This document shows positions 13,173 through 25,953 of a DNA stretch of 64,000 nt, one piece after another; position 1 is the stretch's first letter, and the number at the start of each line of letters is the position of its first letter. The notes under the pieces are model-generated. The model was not told the DNA's origin, searched no databases, and saw only the letters and a program-made list of their open reading frames with translations. The position numbers were made by a program, and so were the translations under genes. Source of the DNA: Adineta vaga (lineage: Eukaryota; Animalia; Rotifera); assembly GCA_021613535.1 (NCBI GenBank), contig CP075495.1:11408001-11472000 (forward strand), in the 5' to 3' direction.

Positions 13173-16100
13173 TCAACTTGAATTTGTCGTCGTATAATGT
13201 CGATAGTCATGAATGAAATCATTGATATTTTGTGTGAAAGATGGTAAATCCTAGAAATGCAAAAAGACAATCATTGCTTTTTTTTCTCAAGGAAACTAAT
13301 GAATAAATAACATACCAGTTCATTTCGACTATAGTTTTCTACTAATACACGTTTATGTTTATCATTCAGAATTGTTTGTATACTGGTTTGACTTAGATAA
13401 TTATGAATAAAATGGGCAAAATTATTGGTATTATCGTTAGTTAAAATATAAAATAATGTGGATATAATATCATCACGACATAATTCATGTGAGCGAGCAA
13501 GTAGAACGGAAAGTAAGAGGGAAAGAAGTGCTTGAGACATTTGATGACGAAAGATCAATTTTGTATAAAGACCACATTTTAATTGTAAATCATTACAAGA
13601 TGATAGATTTGTACGAAATTGTTCGATATCAGCTTGTGAGAAAGACCAAGCAATGCTCTAAATAGATAAATATATCGAATCACAAATTAGTTGTTTAAAA
13701 CTATCTATAAGATGTCAAATATATCGCAATCGGTAGTTTGAGAGCATTGTGTAGGATAGTTATTATTAAATGTAAAGTGTATCTTTTGAAATACCTCCAT
13801 TAATTGAATAAAAATTTGTTCATTCGCAGTTGTTTCAACTTCGCCATTCAATGTTGTCAGAACATTTCCTTTGAAAAAGAATCGCCAATTATTAATCAAT
13901 AGATTATGAACAAGTTTATAATAATTTTCTCGAATATCCAATGCGTAATTCTAAAATCAAACATATATGATTAAATTACAAGCAGAATTATCAAAGAATT
14001 CACTTCTTGAATAGCTGGATATAAAGCTGTTGTACATAAATCAAGAATAGTTGGTAAGAATTGTTGTGTTAGTTTATTATTTCCTGGTTCATTGACAAAT
14101 AATGAAAGCAATTCAAGAAATCTAAATATAATTCAGTTTGGTAATAAAAAAAACGATGTTTTTGTTTCGAATTTATTCTACTTAGAAATAGCCGTATGAG
14201 CATTTGGTTTTGGTTCGCGAAGAACAGTTCGAACATTTTCACTAAATAAACGTGAATTTTTGTTTGGAATGAAATTTATCAATAGAATCAATACGAACAT
14301 ATTAAACGCAGAGAATGTCGTTTGTAAGATTGTATTGATTAATTCTGCAGTCATTTGTATTCGAAATATTTCGAAAACGATCAATAGCAAAGAAATAAGT
14401 GCTGTTTCACACTCTAAAACAGAGAACAAGATTACAATCTAATGAAAACTAGTATTTTATCACTCTTTTTGAAGTGACACATAATATATAATTATAGATG
14501 AAATAAAGAGCGAGAGAAATACACCAACCTGTATCACGATTGATAATATAAGGTAAAAATCGATTGGAATTTATGATTAGATATTGTATTGATCGAAAAA
14601 GATGTTGTCGAATTTTATTATTTTCAGTTTGAACAGATTCAATTAATTCTGTAAGTAATATTGTATAATCAAGAAAGGAATGATGTAATAATTGAGAAGT
14701 TTGTTGATGATTAAAAAAGTTTGTTGGATCTTTTAAAATTGTATCTAATGGTTGAAAAATTGGTTGAAAAAAATGTTCAGCTGATTGTTGATCTGATAGA
14801 ACAATTGACGAAATTATTTTTATTGATAATTTATAAAGCTAGAAAGATATAAATCATAATTTTTTGAATTGAAGAGAACTATTTTACTTGAAAATTAGCT
14901 TTTGAAGGAATTGTAACATTCCATGCGAGAATACGATGAATCAAATGTTTGATTGAATTCAATTGATCAAGTGGTAAATGTTGACGAGTAAGAGGAACAA
15001 GAGAAGAAAGAAGAGATGCAGCCGATTGAGCAATAGATTTATCGAAATTCTATGAAGAAGAAACGAAGATATAGAAGAATAGAATATATATTGTTTGTTT
15101 TTAAATACATTCACATCGATTAGTGGTACACACGTATCAATAATATGTGTAATTAACTCTTGAATGAGTCGATGATTATCTTGATTTGAATTATATAGAA
15201 TTAACATTTGACTAAACCATTGAGTTGTGTTTGTAATACATTCAAAAGATCGAGTTTGACTTAATAAGAAGAAAAACATATCGATTCTATGAAAATTTTC
15301 TGAATATATTCGAACAGTTACTTACACTTTAATAAATTCCTCATGTAACTGTTTCGATGAACATTCAATTAAATCGTATCGAACATGAACTATATAAATA
15401 ATCAATTGTACAAATCTAAATCAAAATTGAATCGATTTGTATTCCCATTATCTTTCTTTCTCTTCTCTTCTCTTCTCTTACTGATGAACAAGTGTTAGAC
15501 GAGTTTGAAAAAAATTCGATTGTTGATTATTAGTATTATCCAATAGACATATATTAGCAATTCGTGAAAATGTATGAAGTAAATGAATTAAACTATGCAA
15601 AATTTGATGACAAACATGTGTAGATTCATTCGTTAAGATAAACTGTTGTCGAGAAGGATCTAATTGAAATAAGAAACAAAATATTTTAGATGAATTTTTT
15701 ATATGATTAAATTACCATTTGGTAAAGATTGAACTAATTTTTGAATACTTTTATACTTTTCAATGTCTGGTTGTAGAAGATTAATCTAAATAATTAGATG
15801 ATAATAGAATATTGAATGAATTGAAAGTAAAGTCTTACGAGTAGATGTAAAATACTTGAGGAGAACGTTGGAATATCTGTTAATTTACTTAGTAAATCAA
15901 TACATTCACGTATATAACGATCCGTTGCAGTTTCAGACTAGAAATATAAAGATAGAATAATAACAATAAATGATTTTTGTTTTAGAAATAGATTTGTACA
16001 TCATTTAAATCAGCTGTTTCTTCTAAACTTTCAGCGTGTGTTTGTCCATTATGAATACGTTGTAATAATTCTTGACTTAATGTTCGTAAGATTTGAGTAT

Positions 16101-17392
16101 ATCTAATTTTAACAAGAAACGCATGACAGTCTTTTTTTTAAATTAATGAAAACATTAATCTACTTCTCCATAGAATTCTCTTTATTTGTGAAACGACTTT
16201 CTTCTTTTGTACTAATATATTCAATAAAAATCGACCAAATATCCAAACAAGTATAAAATCCATCTTGTGTTGTCTATAATGTAACAAATATAAAGAAGAT
16301 TTACTTGATGAAAAAAAATAACTATAAAAATTTTACTTGTTGAAAAGTAAATTTATACAGTCCACTGAGTAATTCAAACATTGGAAAATGTTCAATCGTT
16401 TCACAACGTTTCAAATGTAGATTAAACAGTGATCGTAAAATTTCTGTTATTTTATTTTGTATTTCAATTGTTAAATTTTGATTTATCATCATGAGTAATT
16501 GTACAACATGCCGTAAAGATGAATGAAGTATTGGATCATATTGTCGAGATATATGTTGTTTAAGAATAATTTCATGAATACAATTCAAAGCATCAATTGA
16601 CCATGTTGATGAAATATACTGAAATAAGTCATTGATTAATTCGATTGATAACGGAAGAATTGAAAGACGATTTATCAAACGATCTAAACATTTTAATGTA
16701 TGTTGTTTGATTACCAATGGATCATCGGTGGATGAATTCGTTTTGAATTGTTCATGATCTTTCCTTAATAGAATTTGAATTATTTGAATTATATGTGATA
16801 CATGTTGATTGAGTGTTGTTTTCAATTGCTGACATCGTTTTACTGTACAATCTTCATTTGATTGTCCAAGTTCTTCGATAGTTGTAGTTAAAAGTAATAA
16901 ACCTGAGAGCGTTTGTGTTTCAATTAACTATTTGAAGGAAAGGAACAAAAAAAGAAAATTTCATTGTTTTTTTTCTCGAATAGTATCTCTCAACACCGAC
17001 CTTACGTGATAACAAGTTTGAAAATATTCATCAATTGACCATTGTTGATCACAACGAACGATTTGTACAATAAGTAAAGATAATTTCGAACGAACATAAC
17101 TCGGTATTGAATGGAATAGATGATGATAGAACCAGAGAAGTATCTGACGAATTTGTTGTTGATTACCATAATGATGACGAATGGAATATTCAAGAACTTG
17201 TAGTAGAAAATAGGTTAACAATGGTGATAAAATAAGAGTTTGATTTTGTTGTTGTTGAAATACTGATAAAGCTATTTGCCAAGAGTTTTGATCAATTAAA
17301 AATCGATTTAATTGTTCATGTAACTGTTGTTTATAAACAAGATCCGTACGTGAATCATAATATTCAGTTAGAGCCTTGGTTAAATCATCCAT
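13173..17392 (-). CDS. XPO6: Exportin-6 (importin-beta family), multi-exon
   Basis: Importin-N-like start (LTEYY...LNRF...SWQ; YVRSKLSLLIVQIVR), FPMFELLSGLYKFTFQQ, QDGFYTCLDIWSIF, LLINNWRFFFKGNVL, LLARSHELCRDDI, and C-terminal DLPSFTQNINDFIHDYRHY resembling XPO6 DLPSFTQNVHRLVNDLRYY. Confidence 0.85.
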
Positions 17393-17597
17393 TCGATCTA
17401 TAAATTAAAGCAAGAAAGAAAAATAGGATGCATCTCATTTAGTTCAGCTGATATTTCTTTTATTTGAAAGAATAAGCAATAGTATATAGTATATATATTT
17501 ACAATTATCTCCCTTAATTGTTTCTCTTTGCTAGCTAAACGAAAAAAAAAATACCACGAGGGAAGATATCAGAAATTTAAAGTTTTTCTTTCTTCAT

Positions 17598-18689
17598 TTA
17601 ATTGATTGTGTTCAAAACGGAATCATTGTCTTCGAGTGATTCATTTTCTGTTGGTGAAACAACAAATTCTTTGAGAAGATGTTGAACATTTTCATCGCTC
17701 TTCAATGCACTGGTGAATAGACAACCAACCAAGACATGTGTTCCTAAAACAACAATGATTATTAATATATTTTATAGACAAAGGAAAGAAGGGAATCGTT
17801 TTTTCAACATACCATGTTGTAAATGTTCAACAACACGACAACAACCTAAATCAACAATATTAACACCGAAATAACGAAAACGTTCGTCAGTTTCAAATAA
17901 TGTATCGGATGTATGTGGACCATAATAAGGTCGACCACTCGATGGATCAATAAAATCAGCCCAATAGTGTTTTGTACCCAGATATGCACACATTTCATGA
18001 GCTAATTTAATGAATTGATCAGTTAATTGTTCTCGTTCTTCTTCAATTTTTGGTGACCATGTTGACATATCAGAATTGGTTTTTAATATAATTGTTATAG
18101 CTGTTAATGGTTGCATTAATACATTATAATTTAGAAATAAACGATGTAATTCATAACGTAATAATGCTGGACAATCAAAAGCACGAATTTCTAAATTATC
18201 ATGATGAACTAATTTTGAGAGAAATTCATTTTTATTTGTTGGTGATGTTAACGTCATATGTGTACTCATTAACTGTGCTAATGAATCCTTTTGATGATCT
18301 GCTGGTAAAGTTATTCGTAAAAGTTCGTCGAGAAGAAGTTTACCATCAGTACCATATAGGTTTGGATTTAATTTTGGTATTGATTTTGTTGAAGTCGTAT
18401 TTAATGCACGATCAGGTCCAATACGTCCAGGTAATGGAAAACGTGGATTAGGTTCTTTTATTGATGCGTATGTTGTATCAACGACTAAGGGTGGAATTGG
18501 TATATTTTGTTTTGTTGCTAAATTAGAAGAATCTAATTGATCAACAAGATCTAATAAAGCACGAAGTGTTTTACGTCCGACGATACGTGCTTTTAAATCG
18601 AATGAATCTGGTTTAAACGATGATAATCGACGTGCTGGAGAAAGCAAAAACAAAGATTGAGGACGAATATGCGCCAGAAAACGATCCAT
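17598..18689 (-). CDS. MMADHC: Cobalamin trafficking protein CblD (MMADHC), 2 exons
   Basis: FPLPGRIG, SDMSTWSPKIEEEREQL, YWADFIDPSSG, TLFETDERFRYFG..DLGCCRVVEH..HG|THVLVGCLFTSA; Arg/Ser-rich N-terminus resembles a mitochondrial presequence. Confidence 0.93.
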
Positions 18690-18935
18690 TTTAATCTAAA
18701 ATTGACTGAAATTACACATTTATTCGTTCGTTTTTTTTCTCTCTCACCAAGTCTATCTAGCTAGGCACTGATCATGCGGTGTGTGTATGAGTCATGAAAT
18801 CGTGTTTTTTTCTACTCGTTTATTGCGCGCTACTGTATACGCTACCATTACATTCGTCATTGAATCGTTCTCTTTCCTCCTCGTGTCTATAGAGTGTCCT
18901 TCTATTGTGGTATATACTAGGAGTCGCACATCATC
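18690..18935. promoter_or_regulatory. Probable bidirectional promoter between MMADHC and the GH3 gene
   Basis: Divergent start codons only 246 bp apart; the interval looks more GC/CpG-rich than neighbouring introns. Confidence 0.5.
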
Positions 18936-21203
18936 ATGGCTTCGTTTTTTCTATTTCTCTTAATCTTTGGATCGATATATAGTAACAAAGGAATCAATGG
19001 AGATGCATTTCCTTTTCGTAATGTTTCATTGGACTGGTCAGTACGTGTTGAAGATCTTGTTTCACGTCTTACAGCACATGAAATTATTGATCAAATGGCA
19101 TATGGAGGTGGATGGGATGCTGGTGTCACACCTCCCATACCTCGATTGAATATTCTTCCATATTCATGGGGTACGGAATGTTTACGTGGTGATATTAGTG
19201 AAAATTCGACTGGTTTTCCACAAGCAATTAATCTTGCATCAACATGGAATAAACAACTAGTGAAAGCAGTTGCAAATGCAACAGCTTATGAAGTTCATGC
19301 ACATTATAATCTTTTTACAAAAGAAGGTTTATATGGTGTACATCGAGGTTTAAGTTGTTTTTCACCTGTTGTTAATATTATGCGACATCCATTATGGGGT
19401 CGAAGTCAAGAAACGTATGGTGAATGTCCTTATCTAACAGGAATGTTTGCTATTTATTTTGTTCATGGTCTTCAAGGACCTTCATCTGCACGTTATCTTA
19501 ATACAAATGCTGGTTGTAAACATTTCGATGCACATAATGGACCAGAAAATATTCCTGTTTCACGATTTTCATTTGATGTTCAATTATCCGAATTTGATTG
19601 GCGTTCCACATTTCTTCCTGCTTTTCATGCTTGTATAAATGCTGGTACTTATGGTATCATGTGTTCATATAATTCCATTAATGGCATACCATCCTGTGCG
19701 AATAATCGTCTTTTAACTGATATACTTCGTCACGGAATGAATTTTTCTGGTTATATCGTTGCTGATGATGATGCCTTAGTATCAATTAATATTGCACATC
19801 ATTATGTTAATACAAATGAAGAAGCAGCTATTGTTGCATTACAAGCTGGTGTCAATTTAGAATTAGCTGATTCACCAGGTGCAACAATGTATGAATTATT
19901 ACATCAAGCATATGATGAAGGTAAAATTAATAATCAAACATTAATTGAACGTGTTAAACCATTAATGTATACAAGAATGCGTCTTGGAGAATTTGATCCA
20001 CCTGAAATGAATGATTATAATAAAATACCAATGGATATTATACAATGTGATTCACATCGAAATCTAGCACGACAAACAGCTTTACAATCCTTTGTTTTAT
20101 TAAAAAATCAAGAAAATTTCTTACCTATACGTAATCCAGAATTATTTCGAAATGTACTCATTCTTGGACCAATGTCAAATAATCCTATGCAACAATATGG
20201 TGATTATTCACCCATCATTGATCCATACTATGTAACAACACCGCTAAGTTCTTTACAAGATAGTTTTCTCAATAGTAGTTACAATGAAGCATGTTTAGAC
20301 GGAACAAAATGTTTGAAATACAATCAAACTGATATAATTAATTATTTGAAAACGAACGTATTTGATTTAATTATTCTTTCTGTTGGTACAGGACCTGATA
20401 TTGAAAGTGAAGGAAATGATCGTGCAACAATGAATTTACCAAATAATCAATCTCAATTACTTCAAGATGTATTAAATACAATTGATTCAATGCGAACAAA
20501 AATTCTTCTTCTAACAATATCTGGTACACCAGTAGACATTCAAATTGCTCAACAATCGGATAAAATACAAGCAATTCTTCATCTTGGATTTGGTGCACAA
20601 GAATTAGGTGAAGCACTCAAAATGGCAATTATTGGTGAAGGTATATCAAAATTTGGTCGATTACCTTTTACATGGCCAAAGAAATTAACTGATCTGCCTG
20701 GTGATTTAACACGATATGATATGACAAGTGGTTTTACATATCGTTATTCTCGAATTGAACCACTCTATCGATTTGGTTATGGTTTATCCTATTCAACTTT
20801 TTCCTATTATGATCTTAGTTTTAATGGAACGAAAATTAAACCGGGTGATGGTTTAAAAATCTATTTCAATGTAAAAAATATGGGTGAACGTATATCTGAT
20901 GAAGTTATTCAAATCTATTTAAGTATTCATTTGAAAAATACTTCATTAACAAATGTTTCACGTACACAATTAGTTGATTTTGAACGTTTATCGGATATAA
21001 ATCCCAAAGAAATTGTTCTTTATCAAGCAATTATACGACCAGAACAAATGGCTGTCTATATTGATGGAAAAGGTTTTATGATTGTACCATCAACATTAGA
21101 ATTTCAAGTCGGAAGTTTTCTTCAACCATATCTATCTGGCAATGTAATTATTGATGGAACATCATATTATGTTGGTGAATACATTTCATATGCGAGTTTA
21201 TAA
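18936..21203 (+). CDS. Secreted glycoside hydrolase family 3 beta-xylosidase/arabinofuranosidase-like, single exon
   Basis: 755-aa uninterrupted ORF with signal peptide; WGTECLRG, FPQAINLASTW, RHPLWGRSQETYGE, GCKHF, MCSYNSING, GYIVADD (nucleophile Asp), SFVLLKN, ESEGNDR (acid/base Glu), GRLPFTW, FGYGLSY and an Fn3-like C-terminus. Confidence 0.93.
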   Translation: MASFFLFLLIFGSIYSNKGINGDAFPFRNVSLDWSVRVEDLVSRLTAHEIIDQMAYGGGWDAGVTPPIPRLNILPYSWGTECLRGDISENSTGFPQAINLASTWNKQLVKAVANATAYEVHAHYNLFTKEGLYGVHRGLSCFSPVVNIMRHPLWGRSQETYGECPYLTGMFAIYFVHGLQGPSSARYLNTNAGCKHFDAHNGPENIPVSRFSFDVQLSEFDWRSTFLPAFHACINAGTYGIMCSYNSINGIPSCANNRLLTDILRHGMNFSGYIVADDDALVSINIAHHYVNTNEEAAIVALQAGVNLELADSPGATMYELLHQAYDEGKINNQTLIERVKPLMYTRMRLGEFDPPEMNDYNKIPMDIIQCDSHRNLARQTALQSFVLLKNQENFLPIRNPELFRNVLILGPMSNNPMQQYGDYSPIIDPYYVTTPLSSLQDSFLNSSYNEACLDGTKCLKYNQTDIINYLKTNVFDLIILSVGTGPDIESEGNDRATMNLPNNQSQLLQDVLNTIDSMRTKILLLTISGTPVDIQIAQQSDKIQAILHLGFGAQELGEALKMAIIGEGISKFGRLPFTWPKKLTDLPGDLTRYDMTSGFTYRYSRIEPLYRFGYGLSYSTFSYYDLSFNGTKIKPGDGLKIYFNVKNMGERISDEVIQIYLSIHLKNTSLTNVSRTQLVDFERLSDINPKEIVLYQAIIRPEQMAVYIDGKGFMIVPSTLEFQVGSFLQPYLSGNVIIDGTSYYVGEYISYASL

Positions 21204-21551
21204 AATGTGATAATTTTCTGTGATTTCTTTTTTTGATCAACAATCGATGCTTTTTTTTAATTTATCCACAAATTTTTTTAAAAGATAACAAGTTTTCTAA
21301 GAAAAACAAACGCAAGGTTCTTGGTTTTTCGACAGTAATTAGAAACAAGAAGAAAACTGTCAGGAAGAATATATCACTGTGACATTAAATAATAAATCTA
21401 TGAAATGAGTATGAAGAAAAACGAAAGTTAGTAGAAAGAAAAAAGAAAAAATTAAAACAATGACCCATATATGTTTGTTTTTTGAAATAATAATGTTATT
21501 GATCAACAGAAAAAAGGAAACTAATAAAGAAAGAAAACAAAAAAACATATT

Positions 21552-22713
21552 TTAATAGAATCGTGTTCGTTGATATTGTCGTTTGTTCATATAATAATAT
21601 GCACCGATGCCAACACCCACACAAACAATAATTATGAAGATAATAAGAAAAAAGATTTTTAATGCTGACCAGCCAGATCCTTTTGGATCGTCTGTATGTA
21701 TACGTTCAGGTTCAGCAGCAGGTGCATTTGGTATAATAGATCGACGCTCTTCTGCAATTCTTTTGTCACTCGATTCTAATTGATATGTATGTACGGAAAT
21801 AATATCATGATTGTCAGTTAAATCACCAGTTGCGGCTGAAAAACCGAAATAGTAATGTGTAGGTAAATAAACGTCAGACGCTGCAAAACATTCTTTCCAA
21901 ACATTTTTTCCTTCAATATCCGTTGAGATTGTTAAACGATCATTTTGATAACGTATGGCAACAAGTGTATCTGTATCTCGACCACGAAATGGTGATTCAC
22001 AGCCACTTATTATTGTATGTGTACCATCACGATCATGATCATAATGTAATGAACCATTATTGACCATAGCTGATATATATGGATGAGCATGCTATATAGA
22101 TTCATAATAAATCAGTATTTATTATCGAAGAAATCATCAGATATATATTTACATTATGAGGACCATTATGATTAGAATAGGTATCCATGATGATAGCTAA
22201 ACCATGAAAATAATCAGCATAACCAAAAACAGGACCTAAAAATAGAGACAATCATTGATAGGAAATATTTATGAATTCAATTTCGATACATACCCATTAG
22301 TTTTGGATCTCTAACATACCAAATAACGAATCCATCACCGAATAATTCTTTTCCACTACCATGTACTTTAAAATGAACATGCATTTCCCAATCAGGATAA
22401 CTAACAGGTATGGTATTCCATAGACCACCAGCTTTACTTTGTGAATCTGACGTTAAACGAATATATCGATCAGTAACAATAGTATTACCAACTAAATGCC
22501 AATATGAATTCGATGTAGAGAAAACTAAAGGAAAAGAAAACGTATATATACTACGAATGTACGAAAAGGTGAGAAAAACAAACCAGCTGGATACGGTCGA
22601 TTGAGACCATGTTCGCGAACTTCAAAAGAATTTGCATCATGATCTTGTTCATTAGTAAGACTGATAAAAAGAAGAAGAAGTAGAACAAATGAGATGCTGG
22701 AAATAGAATTCAT
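21552..22713 (-). CDS. LMAN2: L-type lectin VIP36/LMAN2-like cargo receptor, multi-exon
   Basis: Signal peptide; YIRLTSDSQSKAGGLWN, FKVHGSGKELFGDGF, MDTYSNHNG, HPYISAMVNNGSLHYDHDRDG, YFGFSAATGDLTDNHDIIS; TM helix and cytosolic RTRFY tail. Confidence 0.92.
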
Positions 22714-24138
22714 CTGAAGAGAAAAAAATAGATAATTAATTACTTTCTTTTTTAATCAAAATACTTGAAAACGAATCAAGAATGATGATAGCCTAAATGT
22801 CTATGTGTACATTTGGAGTTATTTGATTGGATGAAAAAATCAATTGATAACAATCAATACTCGAAACATTTTTATACATAGATATTCGAGAAATGTACTA
22901 AACAATAGTCTGTGAACTTAATGATAAAGACTAGAAATAAATTTATGAATTCATTATTAACGACAGCTATTATGCTGAATTTTGATTGGTTGAAACTAGT
23001 TTAACTTGGAAGAACAAGTATATGTGTGCAGCATTTAATTGTTCTATTTCGATCTATCCATCATAGCAGACATTTTGCGCAGGATACATACATAGTAATT
23101 GCAATCGCGTCATTAACACATATCAATTGACAATTGGACCATTCTACTTCTTCTTTCTTTCCATATTATCGATTATATATCAATCTTCTTGTCGTATTCA
23201 TCGTAGAATAACATTTCTGACGAAATTACTTACCCAATGACAATGTAAATCAGTTTTAACTATTCTTTTACTTCAGAATGCACTTTCTTTACGTCATATT
23301 TTATTAAGTTTCACTCGCAAATAGATTGAAGTACATGTAAAATATCGAGGAATAGAAGAAATGAGATTTATAGCTTAGTTTCGTGAATATATAGACTTTT
23401 TTCGATTGGTCACTCACAAACTCTTTTGTTTAGTTAGGAAAACTGTCTATTTCCATTTCAAACTAGGTATATGATAAATGATTAGTTATATTTTTAATTA
23501 GAATTCTATATTCAGAAAAGGATGATCGTAATCGATTGATGGTTCAAAAGAAAAGCAAAATTATAGCTTGACCTTCGATTAAGTTGCATAGTCTAGAACA
23601 GTATAATTTAGTTAGAAACTTTCTAGAAAAATTCTTTCCTGTATCAGATTCTCTTCGAATGTTCAAATACTAGTAGAAATTCTATGAGATGTCAAAAAAT
23701 AAATCGAGTACTAGTAGTGCACTCTTCAGAGTACATTTTCATTCAAATTTTGAGTTAGTATCTTTCTTCTTATGTAAACATAGTAAATTCTATTAGCATT
23801 ACCTGTTCGTAATTCTATAAAATCTATGAATAGAAGGTTAGAATAGTTAGAAATTAGCTCAGTTCATGAAAGTAATTTAGTTCACTTGTTTGGGTCCATG
23901 TTATTACAAACCAGAAAACATAGTGTACAGGATCGAATCCTGATGAGAGAACTTTGAAAATAAAAGTTGATTTTCTATGATGACAACTATAGATGACGAG
24001 TTGGAATAGTAGGATTTATCTTACTTTGACACAAAAAACGAGGCATTTGTCTGAGAAAATCAAATCTTTTTTTCTTCTGTACTTTTATACATTTTGAGCA
24101 CTATTTTATCATTTTTTTTCTAGACTAATTTCATTTTG

Positions 24139-25921
24139 ATGATGGACATCAATAATGGTTGGTTTGAAACAGTAAATTATCTTTCATCAGTAAGTAAACT
24201 ATATTGATTTCAATTTGAAACAAGACTGGAACATGATATACTTATTAAATAACCATATTCTAGCTCAATATTCAATTTACAATTATCAATAGCACCAATC
24301 CCCCATACGATCATGAAGGTATGCTGGTGGATGATTATTTTCTAGAAATAATATTACCGCATAAACGAGTTTTTTTGCACTTTTACTATTCTTAATCTGT
24401 ATATAGAACTATTTAAAATTTAATTTTGGCTGATTATTAAATGCCAATAGAGTTTCTTCGAGAAGTACAGATAGAAGTGATGATGAATTTCATGGAGAAA
24501 GAGTTCACTATATATTCGCATCTATCCAATAAGGATAAAAATGATTTTTGTTGATGGTAAACTGTTTAGGGCTGTTTATACTAAAATAAATGTATGTATA
24601 GAGTTAACATTCCTTAGAAGTTTCGAATAATAGAGATAGCATAACTCCAAAAGAAATCTTTTAAAGAATTTTTATTATTTATCTTTTGTTAATATTTGAT
24701 TTCTATTTTTAGGATTCTCAACAACAAACTTATGTCACAAAACATGATTTAGAATTATTACATAAAAAAATTATTGCAACTGAGTAAGTGATTCTTTTTG
24801 AAATCTTTCTTAAAAATAAAACAAGAATGTTTAGTTTAATTGTACAAAAATATCAAGACGCCAATCGAGCTCTATTACGATTACAAGGAGAAAATGATGA
24901 TCTTAAACAGCAAGTCGAACAAATCACAAAGTAATGAGAAAAAAGATTGCTTGATTCTTTTTAAGAGTGTTTCCTTTTTTCTATTTAGTGAATGCTGTAT
25001 CTTTAGTAAACAGGTAACGGAATGTACACAAGAATGTGATAATTTGAAAGAGGTAATAAAAATAGTATTGAAATAGGACATCATTTCATTGTTGATTTAT
25101 TTTTAGCAAATTTCAATATTAAATGGTGAAAAACGTGAAATGCAACAGCAATTACGTCTACTGCAAGATGAAAATACAAATAATTATCATGAAATAATGG
25201 TTTTAGTAAGTTCTTCAATGATATAAATCAACTTTGAATATTAAGATTTTACTTTTCTTTTTAGAAACAATATGAATCATTGAAAGAAATCAATGATCAA
25301 TTAACTAAAACCATTGAACGACAACAAAAAACGTTAGCAAAACTGCAACTTCAAGTACAACGTAAATCACCTGTTGTTTATAAGTATGTTGATCTAAATA
25401 AAACTAAGCAACATAATAATTCTTTTTCTTTCCTATTTAGACCAAACAAAAATACTCAAGAACCATCAGAAACAGGTATAACAATATTAGTATCAAACTT
25501 TATGCAAATTTAACAAATTCTTTCATTTTAGATGTTGCATTAGTTAATTCACAAAAATCTGTTCGTGAACTGAAATTAGCTCTTGGACGTCTAGTCACTT
25601 ATATACAAATATCAAGTAAGAATTAGAATTGAAAGATAAATTGATATATTTTGTTTTCCTTTTTTTTTTATAGAAATCGAAATTCCAACTGCACTCAACA
25701 TTCGTCCCGTGCTCAAAGCTCATGAAATCAATGATGGTAAGTTTAGAAACTTTACTGCACCTTTAACTTATTATTTTTATTTAGATTTCTTAGAAATTGA
25801 CGGTGAAATTTTTCGTAAACCAGTGAAAAAAGTTCGAGTAAGTTTTACAAAAATCTTTTCTCGTATATTATTTTATTGCACTCATTCTAGAAACCGGTTG
25901 TTAGTCAAACTATAGTTGAAG

Positions 25922-25953
<32 letters not shown>

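Noticed and set aside
22900-24100. Spacer between LMAN2 and ICE1-like with scattered splice-like signals
   Set aside because: No sustained ORF, terminal repeats or recognisable domain.
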